Source: Hyaloraphidium curvatum SAG 235-1 (taxonomy: Eukaryota > Fungi > Monoblepharomycota). Taken from it: DNA of 64,000 nucleotides. Position 1 is the first letter of the stretch. The number at the start of each line of letters is the position of its first letter. Under the pieces are notes generated by a model, which made no database searches, was not told the DNA's origin, and saw nothing but the letters and a program-made list of their open reading frames with translations. The stretch spans positions 62,001 through 126,000 of the forward strand of contig JAIVFI010000035.1 in assembly GCA_025558095.1 (NCBI GenBank), read 5' to 3'. Of the stretch, positions 23,592-32,285 are shown piece by piece. A program made the position numbers and the translations under genes.

Positions 23592-25367
23592 CTAGCGACG
23601 CCGAGTCCGCATGCGCCTGGGGAGACCCGTCGGGAGCTGGAGACCAACGCGATCGGCATAGGCGCGGACGATCCCTATGGCGCCGTGCAACATGTCCAGA
23701 GGGAGCTTGGTCGTGCGAGCGAAGCCCCGCCACTTGACCTCGAACTTGAGTCCGTGACCCTGGCCCTCGTGGCCGACGATGTCCTCGACGGTGTACTCCT
23801 GCTCGTTCCCAAGCGCGTTCTCGACCTCGATTTCCTCTTCGAACTCGTTCACCGGTTCCGAGAGATCGAGCTCTTCACCGGCGGCGAGCTCCGGGGCGCG
23901 TGCGTTCCACGAGCGCGCGTTGAAGGTGGCCGACTCCCAAGGCTTGTAGCGCGCCAGCCGGTCCACATGCACAGTGGTGACGTGGTCGGTCTCGTAGACG
24001 TGTCTACACTTCCAGGTGAGCTCGGTGTGGCCTGACTCCTCGATGCGGTAGGGCCCAAGATAACGAGAGACGAACTTGCCCGGCTCGCCCTTGCGCGGTC
24101 GTTCTGGTCCCCAGATGAGCACGAGGTCGCCGGGGCGGAAGGTAATCGGAAGCCGGGTAGCGTTGGCCTTGGCGTTCCGAGTCTCCGCCGCTGCGGCCAT
24201 CTTCTCGGCCACCAGGTCGTAGGCCGCACGAAGCTGCGCCACGAGCTCCACGACATAGGTCCGCCGGCGCTCATCCTCTGTCTTCTTGTCCTCCTCGTCG
24301 CTGGCCCGCAGGTGCACTGGCTCGCGAATCTCGGTCTCGTCGTAAAGTAGGTCGAGCGGAATACGAGCATCCCGACCATGCATCAGAAAGAACGGAGTTT
24401 CGCCGGTCGTCGCGTGGATGGAGGTCCGGAAGGCAAAGATGACCCCCACGATGTCCTCGTCCCATGTCTGGTAGTTCTTGGAGACCGCTGCGCTCAGGGC
24501 GTCGATGATCCACCGGTTCGGGCGCTCCGCGAGGGAAGCCCTGGGATGCCCAACCGTGACCAGGCCCCGGTTGATGCCGAGTAGCTTGAGCAGGTACTCC
24601 ATGTAATGGTTGTCCAGGTTCGAGGCGTTGTCGTGGTGAATCCGCTTCGGAAGACCGTGCTCGAGAATCCATCGCGTATAGAGCAGCTTCGCCGTCGTCG
24701 GCCCAGAGAGGTCCGGAGTCGGATACGCCGTGAGAACCGTAGTGAGGTCGCGGAAGAAGTCTTCCGGGTCCTGCGTAGCGGGATCGAAGGGCTGAACAGA
24801 AGCAGGCAGCAGCTGAGCCGGGAGCTTGGCGGCTCCGCCCTGGCGATCCGCCTGGGGGAGGCCGGTGCTTCCATCGTTCGGCGGCTGAGCGCCAACGATG
24901 GCCCGTACGGCGTCGACGAACTGCTGCGGCTGGAGACCAGCGGCGGCAGCGTTGACAGCCGGGGCTTGCTCGCTCCGCTGACCCTGCTGCTGTGCGGCGA
25001 GCTGCTGGAGCTGCTGCGCTGCAAGCTGCTCGGCGGCGGCTTGCTGTTGAACTTGGGCAGCTGGCAACTGCTGAGCGGTCTGTTGCGCCACGAGCTGAGC
25101 GGCAAGCTGATCGGCGACGGCTTGCTGGGCGGCTTGCTGGGCGGCGAGTTGGGCGACGTCGTTGGCGGCGGCGCCGACTTGCTGGATCGCGGCCTGCGCA
25201 GCTTGGATAATCGCCTGGGCCTGCGGGTTGTTCTGCAAATCGTTAGCTTCCTGAGGCTGCTGAACCTCCTGCTGAGGGGCGGCTTCTTGAACGGGGTCCA
25301 TGTTTGGCGAAGGGGAATGAACTTGGTTGACGGAATACGGTTGACAGAAAAGAGTGGCAGTCGACAA
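23592..25367 (-). CDS. Gag N-terminus fused in frame to C-terminal integrase + chromodomain (PR/RT/RH deleted)
   Basis: Gln/Ala-rich N-terminus and PFDP..DPEDFF, then HGLPKRIHHDN, AERPNR, TGETPFFLMHGR, GPY motif and EYTVEDIVGH..FEVKWRGF chromodomain. Confidence 0.88.
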   Translation of the reverse strand: MSTATLFCQPYSVNQVHSPSPNMDPVQEAAPQQEVQQPQEANDLQNNPQAQAIIQAAQAAIQQVGAAANDVAQLAAQQAAQQAVADQLAAQLVAQQTAQQLPAAQVQQQAAAEQLAAQQLQQLAAQQQGQRSEQAPAVNAAAAGLQPQQFVDAVRAIVGAQPPNDGSTGLPQADRQGGAAKLPAQLLPASVQPFDPATQDPEDFFRDLTTVLTAYPTPDLSGPTTAKLLYTRWILEHGLPKRIHHDNASNLDNHYMEYLLKLLGINRGLVTVGHPRASLAERPNRWIIDALSAAVSKNYQTWDEDIVGVIFAFRTSIHATTGETPFFLMHGRDARIPLDLLYDETEIREPVHLRASDEEDKKTEDERRRTYVVELVAQLRAAYDLVAEKMAAAAETRNAKANATRLPITFRPGDLVLIWGPERPRKGEPGKFVSRYLGPYRIEESGHTELTWKCRHVYETDHVTTVHVDRLARYKPWESATFNARSWNARAPELAAGEELDLSEPVNEFEEEIEVENALGNEQEYTVEDIVGHEGQGHGLKFEVKWRGFARTTKLPLDMLHGAIGIVRAYADRVGLQLPTGLPRRMRTRRR

Positions 25368-25468
25368 GCGCCGGTGCCAGGCGAAGTTGTTTTTGGATTA
25401 TCGAAGTCGAAACTGAAGTCGAACGAGGTGTCGAAGACCCGAGAGCAGGATCACGGAGGTCGGACCAG

Positions 25469-25944
25469 TGCGACGGTCCGGGTCGGAACCGGGCCTGAAG
25501 CTCTAACCCGGCGCGCGAATCCCGCTCGGCTCTTCGGGTCGGATAGGCCCTGAATATGAATAAGCGAACAGCGCTGAAGATACTTGACTGTAGCCGGGGG
25601 AAAGAGGTTACGGGATGTCTCCCGGGGTGCGTCCCAAGGGCTCTCAGAACGAGGATCCGGCCGGGCGGGGTTCCGCACGGTGGTCGAACGACACGGAGAG
25701 CACGTAGAGTCAACTGGCGATCAAGATTGTACTGTTACATGTCCCGCTCTTTATATATCCCAGGAGGGTGGCTGTGCCGAGTCACTTGCGAGTCGCTCGC
25801 GAGTCGCTCGCGAGTGACTCGCGAGTCACTCGCGAGTCGATCGCGAGTCGATCACGAGTCGATCGCGAGGACCGACGCCTCCACGCCTCCGAACCGAAAA
25901 TGAAAATACCCTTGTCCGAATGTCAGACGTCCTGTACCTTCGCA
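25469..25944 (-). repeat. gypsy 5' LTR (476 bp)
   Basis: Adjacent to the PBS; direct repeat of 20284-20759. Confidence 0.95.
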
Positions 25945-27121
25945 CCACCATCAACTACGTGGACGTGAAAAAAAGCGGACTGTTCACAGCACCTGCTGAC
26001 CTTTTGCTCCACCCAACCTTTGTGGATAACCCCGCATTGCGCACCGAGTTTTTTGCAGATGACATGGTTCTGCAGAACGAAGGTATTCACCGAACGCCCG
26101 GCGGAGTGCGCGTTGTCCGCCTGTGTGGTGATTGCCACCACGGTTACAAAAAGAAGAAAACGCCGGCCGTGGCTTTGGCAAACGGTAACTGGACTGGGCC
26201 TCTGCCCAAGGAGTTTGCCGACCTCACCTACTGCGAGAAGATTGTGTGCGCTGCTGTGAGGTCGAGAATGACCATTGTGCACCTCACTGAACCTCAGGGA
26301 CACAAAGGAGAGCATGTTGCCCTCCGAGGGAGCTTTGTGATTGTACCTGGGGACAACAATGGCGTGGCAAAGAAGCTGCCCCATGCACTGGAAGACCTTG
26401 CTTTGGAAATTGTGGTTGTTCTTCTGGGAAGTGGTAAAGCCCGTGATGATCCATCATTTGTACGCACCATGCGCATCAGGAAGCACAAAGTGCTTGCATT
26501 TTTGCGGTGGTTGAAGAAACACAACCCAGATTACGAGGACATTGAGATTGATGAGGCATGCAACCTTCCAGAGGATGGGGTGCCTGATAATCTTCCTGTA
26601 TGCGTTGTTGACGACCCTGACATTCGGGAAAGCGTAGAGAAGCGGGTTGCCAGTGTTGGAGGTGATGGCAATCTCCATGGCTTTGCTGGCTTTTACGGTG
26701 AAGCAGGCACTGACATGTTGGACACGCTTGGGATCCTGCCGGTTGGTGCTGCAGCAGCAAAAACCCAGTCTGAACTCGTTGCAGGCCTTGCTGGCCAGTC
26801 AAGCAAGCCGCATGCATCACCCTCTGGTGCGGAGGAAAGCATCGACAGGCCCAGCAAGGATGCAACAGATGCATCAGGTTCTCCTCTCACCTACGCTCCT
26901 CTCACCTACGTAACACACAAAGGACGATTGGCAATGCGGACAGGCGATGTCCCTTTGAGTGACTATGACGATCGGGCCAAGCTCTTCCGCATGGCGTTCC
27001 CCTGGATTTTCCCGTACGGCCGGGGAGCGCCGGATCTGCGCAGTTCGGCTCGCAGAACCCCAATCACGTTTAGGGAAGCTTCTTGGACCTTGATCATGCG
27101 CTTTGACCACAGCATTGAGGC

Positions 27122-30100
27122 AGAATAGAATAGAATAGTATTGGTGACCCGGACCTGCCCCTGGCTTGGCCGCTGTTACACCATGAGTTTGCTGCTAATT
27201 GCAAAGTTCATCGTCGTCGTGTGTCTTTTTCATTTTCCCAGTTTTCCTGTCCTTCATGGACTTTGAGATGAAGCTGGCAATGGAGTTGAGGGCCTTCTCC
27301 TTCTGCCGCCTCGCTTTGATCGTGAGCTCGAACTCCTTGATGCTAAGAGCCCAGAGCCAGGTCTCCATGTTCCACTCGCGGCCTAGTGCTTCCAATCTAG
27401 TCTGCAGCTTCTGGCGCCGCTCCGCATTTGCTGAACAGTGAAACAGAAAGTGTTGTTCGTCTCCAATGTGCTCAGGGTCATGCTTGCACGTTCTCTGCTG
27501 CACCTCAAGTCCTTGGTGCCTGCCTGTCTCCACCTCCAGGTCGTGGGTAGAGCACAGCAACTTTTGGACATCCCTCCGGTGCTTCTCCACCCGGATCAAG
27601 GATGGTCCGATGTGGCCAAAGGTCATGTCACACATCCTCCAAAAGTGCAGTTTGTCGTTGTCCTTGAGCCTCTGGGCATTGATCTCCCTGAACTTGCCCT
27701 TCACAAGATTCTCCACAGTCTCCTTGGGCCATGAGACAGTGTCCTTCTCCCACATCTCCTTCCCATCTTCGCCACCATAGTATACAAGTAGTTCCCTCAG
27801 GAAGGCAGCCCAGTTCCAGGACCCCTTCAGTGCCTCGATCTTGAGCTCTTTGTAAAGTAGGTACAGCGCAGGATCCGCTGTTTTGATGCACATGAGGAAC
27901 TTGAGTGCCGACTCGTGGTCATGAACTGCAAGGGGGTACTGGCCAGTGATCGCATACAGACAGGCCAGGGAGGTAGACTTGGGCAGATGAGTGACGGCAC
28001 GAAGAGCCATGCATGTCACTTTGTCCCTGGTGCTTTCCCCGGCAAGGTACTCCTCCTTCGGCATCTCAACAATGAACGGGTTCCCATATTGGCCCACTGC
28101 CTTGACCTTTGTGTTGTAGAGCTTGAGCTGGAGGTCAGGACTCATCCCAGGCTGCTCCCTGATGTCACGGAGCCAGAGCCCATAAGCAGCGTTCATCTTG
28201 GCCTCTCTGCCATGCACATGGTCCTTGCTCCGGCCGGTTGAGGTCAGCTGATACCCCAGAAGCTTGAAGCTGTCGACCCTCTTCAGCTCCTGGTCCCTGT
28301 ACATGAGCTTTACACGGTGAGGTATCCTCCTGGCCATCCACTCTGTCTTGCTGACGTTGATCTCCAGCCCATTGGCACTGGCATATGCAGACAAAAGATC
28401 CAGCTGCATCTTGGCATCCTTCACCGTCTTCGAGATCAAAGTGGTGTCGTCTGCAAAGAACAGAGCCAGCAAGCTGACCATCCTCTCCTGATCCTCTTCC
28501 TCCTCAGACACCATGCCCAGATCCATCCCTTTTGCACCATTGGCCTCCATGAAAGCAGTGATGTCGTTGATGAACAAGATGAAGAACAGCGACGAGAGAG
28601 GGTCCCCCTGCTTCACTCCGGTCAGGAACTTGATGAAGTCTGACTTGGTCCCGTCTTCATCCCGGAGCTGTCCCCACACGCGCCCAAACGCCATCTCGAA
28701 CATGTCAACAGCCTGTTTGGGTACTCCCATCTCCTCCAGCTTCTGCCATAACCTGGGGCGCTCCACCGTGTCAAAAGCCTTTGTGAAGTCTACAAACACC
28801 ATGATCAGCTTCTCCTTGCGTGCCTTGGCCAAGGAGAAGAGTGCCTCGGCAAGGAACACTGCATGAAGGGTCGATCTCCGTGCACGGAATCCAAACTGCG
28901 AGCCTTCCAGCAGCTTGTTGCACTCAGCCCAGGGAGCTAGCCGAGCGTTCCAGACCAGGGAGAAGACCTTCTCCAGCGTCCTCTCTATGCTGATGCCTCG
29001 GTAGTTGCCAGCCACGTTCTTGGGCCCCTTCTTGTGCAGCATCACCAGCAGTGTCTGGCCCCAGTCATCCAGCTTGACGCCATTGAGCACGTCGTTGAGG
29101 AGGTTGACAACAGCTTGCTTCAGTACTGCAGTCCCGTACTTGACGAACTCGAGCCGGATCCCATCCTCGTCCTTTGCCTTGCCGTTGGGGGCCTTCTTCA
29201 AGACCCTCTCCAGCTCCTTGAGGGTGATGGGGCGCAGCAGGTCTCCAGAAGGCGTGATCGTGGCCTTGGGAAGTGGTGGAAACGTGAGCCTTGGATCCTC
29301 CTCGATCTTGGTCACGTACTCGGCGCTGGCGACCATCTCCATGTGGCGCACCAGCTCTGCAAAGGGCACGGGGTTGCCCTTGCGCCTTGCGTGAGCCTTT
29401 CCAAGCAGCTGGTAGTACCCCTTAGGCTCTCGCCTGAAGAGTCGCTCTAGCAGCTTGGAGTTCTCTCGCTCAGCAACCCTCCGCATCCTCTTCTCCAACT
29501 TCTTCGGCTCCTTCTCCAGCTCCCGCGTCTTCCCCTGGTACTCCTTCTTCCACTCGTCCTTCTCCATGAGGGATCGTAGCTCAAGAAGGCGTGACAGCTT
29601 CCGATCGATCTCGGCCCTCTCTGCCGAGTCCGCAAAGCCGTTGAGGAACTTGTCCGCCTCTTCGTGTACGCTGACCTTGTCGTACTTCTTCTTCGCGACC
29701 TTGTTCACCGCTGCCATGATCTGGATGAGCCGGTTGCACTTGTCGGATCCAGCTTGAAGTTGCTCGTACTCTTGCATTGCCTCCTTGACCCAGGGCTCGT
29801 CGTAGAGGTTTCGCATTATTGCGAGGAAGTGGAAGTTGCATGGCACGGGCTTGCAGTGCGGCTTGTTCTCCTTCGCAGCTGGTCGCACAAGGTTGGCCTT
29901 GATGGTCAGGCTCAGTGCCATGTGGTCTGAGGTGACGACCCAGCCTTCCTTCACAAATGCAAGGTGGGTGACCGTCCCGTAGCGGCTCTGCGGCACGATT
30001 GCGTAGTCCAAGGTGCTGTCCCGCTCGCCATCCTTTCCTGCGCGAGTTGTTGCCCCCGGCTCGAGGCGCCCATTCAGGATCACCAGCTCCTCCTCGTGGC

Positions 30101-30442
30101 ACAGTGCAAGTAGCTGTTTCCCCCTCCGATCCGTGCGCTGCTCCGACCGGATTACACGCTTTCCGAAGCTCGTGCCACGCACGTCGCTGTTTGCCTCGCT
30201 TATCCCCACATGTGCGTTCAGGTCCCCGATCACGATCGGCATGTCGCACCCAGCCACAATCCCTGAGAACCTCGACCACATCTCGTCCTGCGTGACTATG
30301 TCCTGCGTTGGCGTCGGCGGTGTGTACGCCCCCAGCACGTTCACTCCGCCGACTTGGATCTGCACGACGTCCAGGATCGGGTCCAAGTCTGTCCGTACGG
30401 TGTGCGGTAGCTCCTTTCGCACAAAGACCGTCAACCCTCCTC
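27122..30442 (-). mobile_element. Non-LTR retrotransposon (LINE), 5'-truncated within the endonuclease
   Basis: (TATTC)n 3' tail at 27122. The ORF starts at the GGLTVFVR motif of the APE domain. Inserted in Helitron Rep with no clear TSD. Confidence 0.92.
27195..30434 (-). CDS. LINE ORF2: APE endonuclease + reverse transcriptase + C-terminal Cys/His knuckle
   Basis: GDLNAH, LDY, SDH; NYRGIS, QFGFR, FVDFTKAFDTV, GVKQGDPLS, FADD; C..D...DEQHFLFHC. Confidence 0.95.
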   Translation of the reverse strand: MTVFVRKELPHTVRTDLDPILDVVQIQVGGVNVLGAYTPPTPTQDIVTQDEMWSRFSGIVAGCDMPIVIGDLNAHVGISEANSDVRGTSFGKRVIRSEQRTDRRGKQLLALCHEEELVILNGRLEPGATTRAGKDGERDSTLDYAIVPQSRYGTVTHLAFVKEGWVVTSDHMALSLTIKANLVRPAAKENKPHCKPVPCNFHFLAIMRNLYDEPWVKEAMQEYEQLQAGSDKCNRLIQIMAAVNKVAKKKYDKVSVHEEADKFLNGFADSAERAEIDRKLSRLLELRSLMEKDEWKKEYQGKTRELEKEPKKLEKRMRRVAERENSKLLERLFRREPKGYYQLLGKAHARRKGNPVPFAELVRHMEMVASAEYVTKIEEDPRLTFPPLPKATITPSGDLLRPITLKELERVLKKAPNGKAKDEDGIRLEFVKYGTAVLKQAVVNLLNDVLNGVKLDDWGQTLLVMLHKKGPKNVAGNYRGISIERTLEKVFSLVWNARLAPWAECNKLLEGSQFGFRARRSTLHAVFLAEALFSLAKARKEKLIMVFVDFTKAFDTVERPRLWQKLEEMGVPKQAVDMFEMAFGRVWGQLRDEDGTKSDFIKFLTGVKQGDPLSSLFFILFINDITAFMEANGAKGMDLGMVSEEEEDQERMVSLLALFFADDTTLISKTVKDAKMQLDLLSAYASANGLEINVSKTEWMARRIPHRVKLMYRDQELKRVDSFKLLGYQLTSTGRSKDHVHGREAKMNAAYGLWLRDIREQPGMSPDLQLKLYNTKVKAVGQYGNPFIVEMPKEEYLAGESTRDKVTCMALRAVTHLPKSTSLACLYAITGQYPLAVHDHESALKFLMCIKTADPALYLLYKELKIEALKGSWNWAAFLRELLVYYGGEDGKEMWEKDTVSWPKETVENLVKGKFREINAQRLKDNDKLHFWRMCDMTFGHIGPSLIRVEKHRRDVQKLLCSTHDLEVETGRHQGLEVQQRTCKHDPEHIGDEQHFLFHCSANAERRQKLQTRLEALGREWNMETWLWALSIKEFELTIKARRQKEKALNSIASFISKSMKDRKTGKMKKTHDDDELCN

Positions 30443-32285
30443 AGGGCGTTTGGCCTGCTCTGTCTTGCCATGGTGCGCAAGGATGAAGTCATGTTGCAGT
30501 CAAAGGTCGAGATGAAGAACTTTTCGCAGGAAGAATGGGAGCACATGAACAGCCTGTCGGCAGAAGACCTTCGCACCCTGGCAGCATGCGAGGAGAAAAT
30601 GATGCAGCTGCAGAAGGAGGGCAAGACGGCTGAAATGGCCTCCGTGTACTCTGGGGTTGCTCCGCATGTGGTGGCCCTCGGCAAAAAGATCAAGGGGCAC
30701 ATCAGGGCTATCCAGTCACGGGTTAGCGGAAGCAACGCGGCCAGGAAAGGCTTGGAACGCAACATGCGTGCATACATCCATTTCCTGGGCCTCCCGGCAT
30801 TTTTTGGCACTGTCAACCCATCAGAGATCTACAATCCCATGATGGATCTTATGGCCGGATTTGAAGTCAAATGGGGGGACCATTCAACATTCAAATCCAG
30901 CTCAGATCGGGCATTCATGGCTGCACGATGGCCTGCTACAACGGCCCGATTTTTCCATTACCTTGTAAACACCTTCATTGACACCTTGCTCATGCCCAAA
31001 GATGGAGGAGTTGGTGTTCTGGGCAAGGCCACTGGAGTTTTTGGTACCTATGAAACCCAGGGAAGAGGGAGTCTGCACATGCACTTTGTCGTGTTCCTTG
31101 CAGGCACGCCCACTCTGGATCAGCTGAAAAAGCTGCAGGAATGCCAGAAATTCGTGGACACCTACATTGAGTGGGCAGACTGCCATGTGAAGTCTGATGT
31201 GCACTGGTGCCTGAATTCTGGTGACTACATCTCCAAGAAGGAGGAAGTCCGTCGCAAGGTGCACAGGGACATCATTGCCCAGGATCCCAGGCTGGATTCG
31301 GCCGAGAAAGAATCCATGGAGGACCCTCCTGGAAATCGGCTCATCTTCTCCCTTCGCCCCCATAACCCCAATCGCAGCAAGGAGGTCTACCCGGTCACGG
31401 AGGAAACACCTTCCTTTGACACATTGTTCCGTCATGACACGGTTTTGCTGGCCACAAAATGCGAGTTCCATTTTGAGCACAACCCCGCTTGTTTCAAGGG
31501 TGGCTGCAAAAACTGCAGGTTCAGGCTCCCTGCAAAGGTGGTCGAGAAGACTGTCTTTGTCAAAAAGGAGGGCAAAAATGGCAAGCTGAAGCTGAAAAGG
31601 CTGAGCCCCTATGGAGTATCACACAATGAGTGGATCCTTGTGGCTCTTCGCTGCAATTGCGGCCTCAAACTTGTGTACAGCGGTCCGGATCCTCGTGCAG
31701 TCATCGAGTACCTGGTAGGTTGAAGCCAGGGAATGCATCTGCATGCATTTCCTTACTTACTGTTGCTTCATAGACAAAGTACATGACCAAGGAGGCGGCA
31801 CTGACACACAGCGTGTTCATGTTTGCTGCTGCAGCCATGGAAAGATGCCGTGCAAGACCTGGATTTCAGTCTGGTGATGTGCTGCAGCAGAGCTTGTCCT
31901 TGTTGCGCAGCATGGTTCTGCAAGCAGATTCCCAAGAGGAAATCCCGGCAACACATGCCGCCATCTTGCTCATGGGGGAGAAGGACTACGTGGAGAGGGG
32001 CCTCCCCACCATTGAGGACGTCAACTACTATGAGGTGGAAAACACTGTGGGCAAAGCGCTCGACATTGCGCTGGAGACGGTCCGGGTTGCACGCGGGCTG
32101 CCAGCTAAAGTTGGAGATGATGACTCTGATGACTGTGGAATGAGTTCGGAGCCCGCTGATGGAGAGCATTGCCCAAACACCGATTTGGAGGCCCTTTTGA
32201 TGAGCATGAACAGCATCAGGGTGCAACTGGGCTATGGCAGTGACGGGGAACAGGCAGAGGGCCCGGACAGCCAGCCACATATCAC

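Larger units (their letters stand above)
20284..25944 (-). mobile_element. Non-autonomous chromovirus-type Ty3/gypsy LTR element with accessory genes
   Basis: Two apparently identical 476-bp LTRs (20284-20759, 25469-25944; TGCGA...TCGCA), 4-bp TSD CCAC, PBS TGGTCCGACCT and G-rich PPT. Confidence 0.93.
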
